DNA from: Raillietiella orientalis | Lineage: Eukaryota | NCBI GenBank assembly: GCA_036172245.1 | Contig: JAYWIR010000062.1 | Location: 496,001 to 560,000 of the forward strand | Length of the DNA stretch: 64,000 nucleotides | Direction: 5' to 3' | Shown: positions 1-13,457 of the stretch, piece by piece | Layout of the letters: each line of letters starts with the position of its first letter | Position numbering within the stretch: position 1 is the first letter of the stretch | Translations under genes and position numbers: made by a program | The notes under the pieces: model-generated | What the model saw: only the letters and a program-made list of their open reading frames with translations | The model's database searches: none | Told to the model about the DNA's origin: nothing

Positions 1-3000
1 TATGGAAAGGAGGCTGCAAAGCACTTTGAAATTACTAAAGTTGAAAACAGTTGCGCGACCCTTTCGAATTCCCTCACCACTAAATGCATTGCATACTGAA
101 CTGGTATTCGCTTAAACTGATGGGTCATTCATGACTGCTTCCATTTAAGAAATTAAATTTTACTTCCTTGAATTTAATTTCTTAATAATTGAGCAATCAT
201 AACAAACGATCAACACAGAATCAGAATAAACATGGAATCAATCATCGAAAATGACAAAATATAATGCTATTCCGATTCTTGATCGTCATTTTCCGCGTTT
301 CTTGGAAATACATGCAAAGAAAACCTATAAATCACTCTTATCTGCAAACCGGAATTTCAAGAATCCCTTTTCTTTAAATTCTTAATAATGTTTCACTTAT
401 CAGAATTTCTCCAGCTCTACCTGAACGTTAATAAGATTTACTGCTACTATTGTAGGATATAAGTCGGTCAAAAAAATTCATCTACTTTGAATCTAAGCTT
501 TTTTGTTCCAAGGAGATCCAAATTAGGCATATGTAACCTTATAAAGCAAGGTGATTTTGATATATAGTAAAAAAAATGCATTCAAGTGCAGAGTTGTTAT
601 ATAATAATCTGCTCATAAGAATTTGCACAAGTTTCCATACCCTATTTCTACATTCCTTTACTTTTTAGTGTGCTCTTGGGGTCATTTCAAAAAGTGCACA
701 CAAACAGAAATGGTATTTGATTCAACTTATGCAAAGCCATCTGCCTCATTAACTTCCTTTGTTGGGTCATGTTTATTTTTTAATCCAAAGCAATATTTTT
801 AGTAATCCACAATCTATGTCAGTCATGACTAAGAAAAGCCAGGCTATGATGATAAAATTTCATTAGACACAATTGTCAACTGTAAAATTTCATTAGACAA
901 TAATAAATCAAATGAATATAAAAATCATAGTAACAACTGTATTATGGACTAATTACGATAATTAGCGAACAATTACAAAGACTAACGATGATGGACTAAT
1001 GCTGATCAAATTCACTAACAGAAAACCAGAAAAACTACCAGTTTGATTGGCAATTATTTTGCAGAACACGCACATGACTCGATTGCAATTAGTCGATGAC
1101 TTCCGTTCATAAAGCATTTCATACTAGAAAGTAATTTATTCAAATTATAACAATTTTCATTTGAAAACGATGCGGAGGCGTCACAAATACACTTTTCGAT
1201 GAGATCATCTAAAACAAATGCCAACATTAATTCTGATTATTACACATCTCATCAGATCCAAATTGACTTTCCATAAATATGTTATGTTTGCTGTACACTT
1301 TGTGCTCACTGCTCAGTTGAGGAAACACAGCTGTACATCCATGTTTAAACTAACAAAGTCTTGAAAGTCATTTTCACGAGGAGCGAAAATTTTCCCTTGT
1401 ATTCTATTTTGATGGATGTTCAAATCACAGAATGAATAAAAGTAATTATTGCCTACACAATCAGCTACTTAGGAATGATGTTCTCAAATATATGTCAACT
1501 ACTCAACTGAAACCTCAACTGTCATTTAAGCACCCAACACAAGTAGTTCACATCCTGCGAATAAAAATTTTCCTGAACTGATGCACAATTAATAATTGCA
1601 ATTATTGCTTGAAATCAGCACTTCATACTTGACACTCCGAAAAATTTTGTAATGCCAAATGCCTTGATCTTAGGAGAATTTTGAGCCAAGTTTCTGAGGA
1701 GTTCGTCCTTTTGTAGTCACTTTCCTTGACGTGCTTAAAACCTGATGAATTTTCATTAGCCTGAGTGAATTTAAATCTTTAGATTCAAAGGTGCTGCAAA
1801 GGTGAAACAGCTAGATGGAAAGAAAAACAATTCCTTACAATACAAACTTCAAATTGTATACACATATTCCTTGAATTGACTTCTAAATTTCATGCTCTGA
1901 TCATAGCAGATTTTCATGTCATTAAAGAAAACACATGGTGGGCTAAATTACATAGAAGATTAACGTATTTCTTAATACAAACAAAACATATTTAAGATAG
2001 GGAATATAGGACATCTATGATATAATACTTCGCACACTTACATGGCACATTATTATAATTTGTATGTCCTATAAGGCATTTAAAATGAACTACCTAGACG
2101 AATTTGCTTTTGCATCTCATGAAACAGCAAGCAGCATAAATGTATTCAACATCACAGAAAAACCTCTGAAATTAACATGAAATGCCCAGTTAATAACACT
2201 GCTAATAATCTTACCACACTGCAACCTTACTGAATTTCATAAAAATTAAGTTAAATTCCAATTATTAAAAATAATGCTCATGCAGTAAAAAAAACCACTT
2301 CATTATTCAGCCAGTGCACAATCCTATAATTTTGGCAAATTGCTCCGATAACGATATTTTCGTATTCTTCTGTTCTCCTACTCTCCCTACATGTGCTATT
2401 TGCTCCAACTATTTATGTACATTTGAATGAATAATGAATTTGGATTTTATTATTCAGAAAATGAAATCCACCATTCTTTACTTTATAACCTGCAGGAAAC
2501 TTCAAATTAAGTAATACATCCAAAACAACTTTTATTTTAAAGACCTTATCCCTTTTATAAACATCATCTTTGAATCAAGTAATGGATAACTGGAATGAAT
2601 AATGTTTATGCTTTTTCCTTACTTTTTGTGTGCAGCACCTACTAAAAGGATGCTAAATACTTCAATTTTGTATGCTGACCCCAATATGGTAAGAACCCAA
2701 TGACTGCTACACTTATTGCTCTTAGCATACTTGCAAATAAATAACACAGCTAATAATAACTGTCATGCACTAGTTTCTTACTACTTGCATCAATAAAATC
2801 TTCCCTTTAATGCTGTAAACAAAACAAAACTTTTGATAAGATCTTATGTATAATTAATTATAAATCTATTAATTGAAAATTCTTCAACACACTGCAAAAA
2901 TAGGTGTCGTTTCTTTTTATTTTATAGGTGAATAAATAACTAGGGATTATTCCAACAGTTTCCATGAACAACATTCACTGTTTCTTCCATAAAAAATCAA

Positions 3001-3417
3001 ATGTACCATGTATACACTAAAATAGCCAACAGGGAAGCAATGGTGGTTAATAATAAAAAACAAAGCTAGCTGTTAAATCCACGATGATCTTGAAAATTTT
3101 GCAAAAATATAAGATTAGAAAAGCATCATACATTTAAGAACTATAAAATTACACACGTAAACAAAACGTCTTTTTTAAAACTCGATAATTTAGGAATGGT
3201 TTGGTGAGGAGAAAAAGAACACAATAATTTGAAGTAAACGAGACTCTGAACTTCCGTATTTTCACTAAGGGAAAAACGTAAAAACCAATTTCTATATAAA
3301 TGAAACTATATAACAGACACCTTATGGTGTTATATATTTCAAAAAATATATAATACATCCACTTTAGATAAATTTGTTAGATAGTGAGAGGTGAAAGATG
3401 GCATACTCTCGTGAGAC

Positions 3418-6400
3418 CTAACCTGATATAGAAGACAGGAGAGGGGTGGACGACATCATTATTTTATTTGATGAAAATGTGGTTCCTGCCTGGAACATAG
3501 CAACTTGATGAGCTTCTTCTAACTGTTGCTTTAAGTTCTGAGCTTCAATCTTAGCCTTATCTAACTCTTGCTCTAAATCGTGAATCCTGGTTAAAAAGAA
3601 ACATGAAATGAACAATACTCATAAATTTATTTACTAATTTGAAGTTAGTTATTAACTTTCAATTTTCACGAAATTTCCAAATTAGTAGCATTTCAATAAA
3701 AATGCATCCTTATAATTTATACAGAAAACATTCGGACATACAGAATCTAAATAACATCAAAACATGACATACAGTAAATATGGAGCATGGCATCATTAGA
3801 TATTGGAAGAAAATTTATCCATACGCACCAAATTCAAGACATACTAAAGTTAATTTTCCTTTTGAGATTGTAACATTGTGGGATTGAAACATAAGATGCT
3901 TATGGATTCTTCCTAGTATTTATGCCTTACACTTTTCCAAAAAAAAAAAGAGATGTATTTATCATCTCTGATAGTGGGCACCTCCCAAATCCTATTGGGT
4001 AAATATCGAACGTTCTGATACAATTAAAGAATAATAATAATAATTGCAAAATTAGAATAAGAGTAACGATAAATGTAAATTTTTTTCATGGAAAATTATG
4101 CTCAGGGTTTTATAATACAAGTTCTCTATATTATAAAACATAAATTTAATGTGCATCGTTTTTCTCAATACATTAATGGATTCTCGATTTTTTATTTTGT
4201 ATTAACAAAGCAAAAAATTTCAGTAACTGAATTCTCTAAACCAGCATCAAGTAGAAGTTACTGATCAAGACTTTTAGTGAAGCAAATCTTAAGATTACTA
4301 TTATCCAATGACAAAAGTGATTTTAGGACTGTTTGAGTTTAAAATAAACATGCAATAGTATGCTTGTTAAACACCACAAACTAAACAAACTTGAAACACA
4401 ATTTTTTTCCTGCACAAAATTCACTAGAGCCTATGGCAAAGATTCATCTACGATAGATTGCCAGTGCATGATTTTTGGTCACATATTTTATCCTGTTTTT
4501 GGAACTGTTTGCTTATTACGTAAGCACATGTTACTATATGTTTCCGCTTGTAACTGGGAAATAATCATGTAAAAAACACTTGTATAATCTCAACAGCTAT
4601 TGATTTTGATTAGAAAAAAAAATGATCGATAACAATAAACCATGCAAACATGAAGTAGGTATCATTATAGATGGTGTATAATTGAGTAGAGCTAATTTCT
4701 ACTCAACCTTGCAAAGCACTCAGTTTAGGTGACCTTGCATACATGTAGTTCACCCTATCAAGTAGATAAACCAGAACAAATGTGTGTTACTAAGCACCAT
4801 TCATAATCTTGAAAACCTGATTCAAGCTTTTTTGTATAATTTTTTTGTCACTTTTCATAATAGTCTATATTAAGCAGACTCTTGAATGATACATGTTAAA
4901 TCTGATGTATGAAAAAAGTTTTGAGATTTTACTGATCACATGTAAAATATAATGTGTAGTGTGACCAGATATAATGTTCTACATTGGTAAATAGACAACA
5001 TTTATAAAACACTTAAGTTAGTCTTCAAAAGCAGGCAGTTAAGAAAACATTACAAACTGCCACGGTTTGCAATGTATTTTTATTCATGAATGCTGCCCTC
5101 AAAAACAGCATCTTCCAGCAAGCATCATTATTTCAGTCCGATGTCACACAGTCATCAACGAATGTGTAATGTATGCCTTGCATCATCATCAAAGAATGAC
5201 AAATCTTACCTCATTTCATGTCGCAGAATAGTATTTTTAAAAACTTTTTTTTCAGCCTCATACTCAGATGATCTACGTTCTAATTCTTCTTCTAGTTGCA
5301 AAGACTTCTTACTTTCCTCTTCCAATCCTTCAGCAATTGAGTCCAGTCGACTTTTTTCCTCAGACAAAATCTAAGCAGTTTCACATGTCATAAGAGCTTG
5401 AAAATCAAATCAACTCACTTGAGTTAAACTTTCACATTTTTTTTTCTCTTCAATCCACTTTAAAATGAGTTCTTTCCTTTCAGCTAGAAGACACAAAACG
5501 ATCAATTTGTGCTTTTCTTTCTCTTCTTGGAAAAAGTGTTCCATTTTTGTAGGCTCTGATTTATTACTGTTTGTTTTTTCCAATGCCCAACCCTATAACA
5601 AAAACAACTGTTCTATGTCGTGGTTCAAATAAAATCCTACTTGTTTCAAGCGATCGACTTGGTTTTCTGAGGATTTAAGCAACTGTTGTTCCAAACTATT
5701 AACTACCTGAAAGTTTCAAAAGTACTACCCATATAAGTGTGCAAACATTGCACTTACGAATTGATGCGTCTTCTTGCTTTCATTCATGAGATTTTTCATT
5801 TTGACAATAGCATTATGTTGCTGCTGAATAAGATGATACAATTTTTCCATTTTTTTATCATGAATGTTCTTCATAAGTTCTTCATCTTGAACTACTTGAG
5901 CTGAACTGTAATTATCACGATATAAGGCAGAAATAGGATCATTCACTTCAAACTGCCCATGTTTGGCATGCCACAATAAATGCTTTACCTTTTCAGACTG
6001 AAACAAAGTAGCATTTGAAATTTGTATTCAATTGGCTGGAAAACATTAAAGAACAACACATATCTACCAAACAACAATAACGATCATAAAAAAAACTTGG
6101 TTCTCATAATGTTTCGTAGCATAATAAAAATGCTGGCCAAACAACAATAAAAAATAAAGCAGACTTAAATCTTTAGACTTTATTCATCTTGTGCAAAACA
6201 TATCTTTGAAACTAATGTGCACACACAAATGAAGTTAACATTTTGGAATTTGAAGAAAAATGTGATTACTCCCTAAACCAAAATTTCTCTTCAAAAGCCT
6301 ACATCAAAGCATGTATAACATCATACGAACAATCAAATGAAATACAGGTTCAGAATAAATTTCTATGTATGCACATTCAGTTGAGGAAATCTGCATTGTG

Positions 6401-8710
6401 AATGGTTGGCCATTACTGTAAAAGTATCAGGGCTTTGAAAACAAATACACACAAATCAGCAAGCATAGTTTATTCAGAAGGTTACTCAAATAACTAACAC
6501 CAAAGAAAAAATTACAATTCATTCAGTTAGAAAACAGCACATCAAACTAAGTGATGACCTCACAATTCAGTGAAGGATCCATCAGCAAATCCTAACGAAT
6601 AGAGCAATTTCACTCATAAATATTGCATTACAGTTATCCTGGGTAATCTAGCTGCACAAATATTTTATATCACATGATTACAAATCAAAAACAAAATATT
6701 TACTGAAAATAATAGAAAATTTATCAGTACATTACAATTTATCAGTACATTTTAGAGATGTAATCTATTCTATGGTTATACAAATCAGAAAACTTATGAC
6801 AGCATAAAAATGTTTGCTTTTAAACACTTCATAACTATCTTATTAAAAGTGGAGTTTGTAAAGAATCACAAGAAACAATAAGTGAACTGTTTAGCAAGAA
6901 CTGTCTGCATATGACTTCTTCAAATCCTTTTCATAGTAAATAAACAAACTAACCAATTAAGAAAATCCTGTGTTTAGGGGGAAAAAGTATGGTTAATAAA
7001 AAAAACCCTTCTAAATACATCCATACTGACAACTTTTACCAATAGCAGAAATAGCAGAAAAAGTTCCCACAAACTTCGGCTCAAAAATTTATACAGAGTA
7101 TTAACTATAATATTCCATATTCTGTATACTTAATTAAAAGGTACTCAATAAAATGAAACTATAAGATGTACAGAAACTGTAAAAATACTACACTGCATTT
7201 GAAAAAAAACAGAAAAAAACAAAACAAAACAGAACAAAATGGGCATCCTAATATTATGACTTAATAAGCACATATCTGTAAATATTCAATGAAAGAAATC
7301 TAATCACCTCCACTGAAAGTTGCAAGACCAAAAATCTCCAATCAAATATTGGGATATAACAAACAAAAAATGAAACTTTTACCACGAAAACAACAAACAC
7401 AAAACAATGCCTGTATAATTCTTCAATGATCAATTATTTACTGAGACTAAGTATTGCCAACCAACCAGTGATGGATCAAGCAAATCATTTCAAGAGCAAT
7501 AAAAAGGAATTTTTGATGTATACAGCTGGGTATGACAGGAGTATGAATATGGAATTCAGTTGCATAATTTAAGAATTATCCTTCTTTAAACTAAAAGTTG
7601 CATGAATCTCTGAAGACATGTTGGCAATGAATCTTGTCTAGATGAATTTATTCATTAGAACAAGATTACTAAAAAATGTGAAATACCTAAAAATGGAAAA
7701 TTGGGCAAATCATTGATGTTGAAGGAAGTTGATGAATTACACAATTTTCTAAGTTGGATAGGAAAATACTGGAGTTTAAATGGGTACAAAACATTAAAAA
7801 ACAAAAAAGAATCATTGCTAGAGACATATTTTGTCAAGAAAAACCATGAACCTCTTGATGAAACAAAACAATAGAAAACTAAGTGATCAGTGGTTTTTGA
7901 AAAGTATGGAATAAATTATAGACGAACTCTAACCATGCAATACTAAGCAGATCCCTTAATTAAATTTTCTAAACTTTAAATGATTTGCATTTACTGCAAC
8001 TGCTTCAACTCCATATCACCTAAAGTATGCAAAAAATGCACTTTTGAGCAACCAAAGAAAAACCTCAAAATGTTTCACCACCACAATGAACATATGGTTA
8101 ATGGCAAAATTCCATAAACACCAGTTTCTCAAGCAAATTCTCAACAGATTCAGAAGTAACAAAGAGCTTCATAAATCTAAATAAATATCCACAAACAAAG
8201 ACTGATAAATAATAATGAAACACCATATGTGTATGTATGTGGTTTGTTCTTATTCTCTGCGCATTTGCTTTAAGTTATCGTATTTTTGTTCATGAAAATG
8301 CACCTATAAGAAAAGGAAAAAATAAGTAAATACACAAAAATCTGTTATATCCTTTAATTCAAAACATAATCTTGAAATTCTTAGCAGTTTTATTTTGAAA
8401 TATCGAATAATCTCACATTGTTCTGCTAATATTTGAAAGTCATTACCTTGAGAGCTGCAATCACAATTTCTCGAGATTGCACTTCACCCTCCAGGAAAGC
8501 CAGCATTCTTAACAAATCGCTCTTACTCAAATCCATTTTCGGATTTCTCTAGAAATCACATAAATTAAATTTCCAATTAGTAAGCAAAGAAACATGACTA
8601 ATGTATTATTTAAGCACCTTAAGCGTGGTATTTGATTTTTCAGCTGAGCTACATGTGCCATTTTGAAAAGATAACACATATTTTGAAGCATCTACATTAT
8701 TCACAGCCAT
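3418..8710 (-). CDS. CTTNBP2NL: Cortactin-binding protein 2 N-terminal-like (Nausicaa/STRIPAK) coiled-coil protein, multi-exon; 3' end may continue left of 3418
   Basis: In-phase GT-AG exons: 8710-8618, 8548-8447 (MDLSKSDLLRMLAFLEGEVQSREIVIAALK), 5997-5758 (SEKVKHLL...NDPISALYRD), 5706-5641, 5592-5419 (KHKLIVLCLLAERK), 5370-5210 (LSEEKSRLDSIAEGLEEESKKSLQLE) and 3586-~3421 (EAHQVAMFQA). These match CortBP2-domain motifs. Confidence 0.9.
7377..7603 (+). repeat. ~227-bp direct repeat, copy 1 (copy 2 at 10045-10271)
   Basis: ttttaccacgaaaacaac...aactaaaagttgcat aligns ungapped to 10045-10271 with only scattered substitutions. Confidence 0.95.
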
Positions 8711-9799
8711 ATTTTAAAAAGCTTATCAGAGTAACTTCATTTTGGAAAATGCAATCCAGATGGCACACTTTCTCTCCACTATTAAAATAGCAGTGTAATC
8801 ATACAAATTATTGGAGTTTCTCATTGCAACAGCCATTCTTTCACTGAAAACTCCAGTGGAGTTCCTCATCATACTTTTGTATATTTAGGATTGCATCGCT
8901 TAGCCCATGGAAATACACTAAAATAAAACAATATACCAATTCAGCGAAATTAAGTGCCATCTTCATTATTATATTCACTACGTAAAATGCTGCCCACAGG
9001 ACCGCCTTCAGGATTCTTTACGAGTAAACATTTACTAAAAAAAGGAAAAACGGAAAATCACGGAAACATTCCAAACATTCAAGCAAAAATTCCTATATAA
9101 ATTCTGAACTACTCTTCTAGTTTACACCCAAAGCTGTCATGTTGAAAAAAAAAAAAAAGCAATGATCGCACTTCAGAGGCAGCTGCAGTCAAAGGCGACC
9201 AATAAAAAAATGTAATTTCACCTACACCATTTATGCAAATATAACTTTAATACCATGATACATAATTTAATATACGACCTAACCCAATATCTAGGAAATG
9301 AATGGTTCTCTCTTTAACTGCTATAATGTTTATTAAACATATTTTCACCAAATTTCGTAGAGATGAAGCAAATCAGGCATACCAAAGCAACTTTAAATCA
9401 CGTACTTCACGAATTTTAATAAATCATGTACTTCCTTTGTATGTCGATGTTGATTACTTGGATTTGTATCCTGACGTTATCATGTGATAATAAATCTTTT
9501 CAAAATGGACTAAAAATAACAAAATTCTAAGCAGTGCGCAAAAGAATATAACTAGTTCATAATACTAATGGTGTTTTTTCCATCAACTCCATGTACCTGA
9601 AGTCGAAAACTTCATCCTTAATGTACTAGAATTGCTTATAATTATTATTTTTAACCTTGCATGAAATGATAATTTTAAGTTTTCTTCATCTCAAGTCACC
9701 ATTGATCCTAAGTTTTCCACTGCAGTTATTCCGTGGCTTTACGTTTTTCACGATCACTGAAGGCGCCCAATTGTTCGGACTAATTTAGAAGAACCTTTT

Positions 9800-11830
9800 T
9801 AAATACAGAAATGGGAAGCAGCATACAAATAAAAATTAAAGGCTGAATACTTGAGAACTGTGAAGCTGCTTTTAATGACGATGAGATCAGAGGTGAAAAT
9901 GTTTTTTGAAGTCTCAAGTGGTCTTGGAGTTTCAAGTTCAAGGCAGTAATTTCGAAGTAACAGAGGCCAGTGGCTAGAAGTCAACTCACTCGATGTATGT
10001 AGACGATCTCTTCCTCATGAAGGATAAGTTGGATTGGAAAAGAGTTTTACCATGAAAACAAGAAACACAAAACAATGCCTGCATAGTTCTTCAATGATCA
10101 ATTACTTACTGAAACTAAGTATTGCCAACCAACCAGTGATGGATCAAGCAAATCATTTCAAGAGCAATAAAAAGGAATTTTTGATGTATACAACTGGGTA
10201 TGACAGGAGTATGAATATGGAATTCAGTTGCATATTTTAAGAATTATCCTTCTTTCAACTAAAAGTTGCATTTCAGCGTTTTCTACGCAACATGTACTGG
10301 ACATCTCTATCAATGCTTAGAAGTCTAAACTCATGACGACCAAGACCCAAGACATCAATGCCTTAACAATAAGGGGATTCCGAGTGGTTGACGGCCTCGA
10401 GCACCCAAGGATTCACGTTGGGGACGTCTCGGATCTCAAAATTGATTGGAAGGTCATACCTGAAGAAGACTACTAAAGAAATAGCGAAAATTAACTCTTT
10501 GGAAAACAGAAGATCTACTTGTAAATACTGCTTTTAATAATGTTTTGGAAGCAGATCTTCTGAGAAATCTGTTCAGTAGACAACAAACCAAAGCGACTCC
10601 CAAAGACTCAGCGGAGTCTCCTATCTAAGCAGTATTCTCTAGGTAAAATTCAAAGGCCTCTGTAGTCCAAAGGAGGAAGATGGTACTGGAATGAAGCCAC
10701 ACGAAGAAGCGATATTAATCCTGGAAGCTCCTCAACTCCTGGAAGTCACCCAGAACTGTAATAAGTGACCCTACGCTGTTCAAAGTGGCTGCCGGAACTA
10801 ATCATTAGTTTGAGAGGTCTGATGTCAGAGTTAGTGGCCAGAACAGGGCAATGTACGAACATCAATCCCACGAGGCCCCGAGAGCAAGAGTTTCCCAGAC
10901 CTGAAATCCTCAACCAGATGACATCTGTCCCCAAAGCAAAGCGATTTGGATAAAAGAACTGAGTCTAGTGATGCCTATAAGCTTCTTATTCCACAGGGAA
11001 TATAAATGCAGATTCACAGAAGGCACTGACTGAAGATTACACATTGTGAATAGTTTGCAACAACGAGCGGCAACCGTCACGAGATGCGACTGTTCCAAAA
11101 CTCCCGGAAAATTAAAGAAAAGGCAACACAGAAGACGGGAAATCTCTGAAAGGAACACAGAAACGAGTCGAGACTAATCAGACAAGCCGTTCTGAAAGAT
11201 TCAATCTCATGACAGAAGCGGAAGAAAAGACTTTGAATATGACAGGCCTTCGATCCAGAACAGATAACATAAAGAGACGATCAGAATGACGATTTGGAAG
11301 TACTATCTACTGCCACACATTCAAAATGACCTCCTACTGTTCTATTATGATGGTCTTCTATGGCGCGTGACTTAAGCATTAAACAGGAAATCTCGAGGAC
11401 AAGCAATCTAAGGCATCAGAAGAAAAAGAAACCCAAGTTTACACATTTTCCTGCACACTCTGATCCAGTATGGGAGACTTATTAAGCAGGAAACGGATAC
11501 AGGACAAGACCAGTACGGAGATCCCACGTGGACTCAAGGGTAAGAAATAGTTCCTCTAGGCAACTCCATTGTAAAGATTACCATCATGCTCTTCAACAGA
11601 AGCGTTGTGAGAAGAGGATGGAACCTGAGATGGGGGAAACCAATGGTACCAGTAGGCATCCTTGCGGGACTGTTAAAAAGAGGAATTGGTATGCACAATT
11701 AGGGAGTTTGGTCTGCGTACTGATATATCTAGCCTAAAGTGCAAGAACAGGCCTAAGTGCAGAGGAATCAGGATTGCCTCTGCCCAAAAACGTGATATGG
11801 AACCAGCAACGGTATGTGAATTGTGGATAA
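9800..11830 (+). pseudogene. Decayed endogenous viral element: C-terminal half of a phenuivirus-like (Bunyavirales) L polymerase
   Basis: Colinear by-eye matches to phlebovirus L across frameshifts: GMKPHEEAILILEAPQLLEV ~ SLNPNQERMLFPQAQEYDRV; FERSDVRV ~ IVRSRIDL; IRQAVLKD ~ ISQVVRMN; GIGMHN*GVWSAY ~ LGINNRVASAY. Composition differs from the flanks. Confidence 0.5.
10045..10271 (+). repeat. ~227-bp direct repeat, copy 2
   Basis: Near-identical to 7377-7603; interrupts the putative bunyavirus L fragment. Confidence 0.95.
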
Positions 11831-13457
11831 AAAACCTTAGTGGAGATGTTGCGTACATGTTAATGAGCAGTTCATTTTCTTGTGCAATGTTATTATTTAA
11901 TAGCATCACTCCACCGCTTATTCGCCTGGGGAAAATAAAGTTTTCAATTTTGCAATACACACAATATTTTTTCTGCCACAACTACTTTTCATTGGAGAAT
12001 CCCTTAACAGATAGCTTAGAAATTTTTTCTTTTGTTTTTTAAACAAAAGGAAAACTTGAAGAAAAAAAAAGACAGCTTTCTTCAGTTTTTTGCTGAAATT
12101 TGGTGCTTCATTTTCCCGTTTTGTGCATAGTAGTTCTTGTCCTTTAATTGCTTAATTGTGTTGTTCCCAAGAAATACTCCATTTCGCCTTTATATAAGCT
12201 GTACATTTAAGTATTTTTTCATTTTCTTTAGTGAGGAAATATCCCATCGATGCAGATGCAATACCCATTGAGCTTATTCTAATCAGCTCTTTGATTTCCT
12301 TTTGGTATTTTGTGATCTTCCTTGTTCGAATCACGTCAGTTTCCTTGCATGAACATAATCATTTCCTTGGGAGCTGACGTTATGGTCAACTGGGGGCTGT
12401 TTTCGTGTTCGGAGCTTTGGCTGCACTTTAGGTGTCAAATTTCCTCAAACTTGAGTCGAGTATTGTTATCTCAAAAGAGAGGTTGCTTTATTCTCGTTTT
12501 GTAGTTACTGTTTCAAGCTATATTAAAAAGAAGAATTCTCCTCCTATGAAAGTGTGGTTGTCAACGTGCGTATTGTTGCTGCTTCCTGCATGCCGAATGC
12601 AATGCGATTTCCAGGAGTTTTTTGTACGGAAAGGCGTCAGCATTTGCGTCTTTTGGATGATAAACGACAGCTTGACACTAGAAATGGATTGTGTTCAAAA
12701 GTACACAGCAAATGAGGCTCTTTATACAGAACTTTGGGGCAATGCTGAGCGTGTACAAAGTGCATTTAGCTGTTTGCTCCGAGACGAAATCCCATACAGA
12801 TTCGTGGGAAACCATACCTAAATTAATGCTTCATGCAGTTCTGAAGTGCTACAATGATTTTGGAAAGTCAAAGATAAATCACTTACAGCAGTTTGGTTTA
12901 TATGATTTTCGCAACATCAGCAGGAATAAATAAACAAAGACTATAAGTTAATAATAGTGATTATCACCATTATTTGGATGTGATTAGAGAGCGATATAAA
13001 TTATGTAGGTGTGTGTTTTAAAGATAACCCATTTCGCGTGAGATTTGTTGTAGCTTGTTTGCTTGCATAGCATAATGCTGTTTCAGCTGTTAGTTTTGTA
13101 TTTATGTTTTAAATGGTTCTTCATAGCAATATTTGTTGATCCATTACTATTACTACCAGCATAAATCGGGATTCATTCATTAAATGACGTTTTTCATGCA
13201 AGAATGATTTTAGTTCAGGATTGAATTTTGGTCAACAAACTTTTTATACTGCAGGGAATTCTTGAGATCTCTTATCTCATGTAATTTGTGTGAGTAATTA
13301 ATTGCGATTTAATAACTCTTAACTCCTTTAATAATCGGAATAATTAAGAGGTTTCTAAAAATTCATTAATCCTGATTAGAAATGATCGACCAGTTAAGGA
13401 AATTTCATTTTTTCAGGAATCCCTATTGAAATTATGTGTATACTTATACATAAAGAA

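Noticed and set aside
853..899. Small tandem duplications (also 6718-6751, 27031-27057, 30475-30510) and a 10-bp hairpin at ~31466-31491
   Set aside because: Two-copy slippage-type duplications or an AT-rich dyad; not arrays and no functional evidence.
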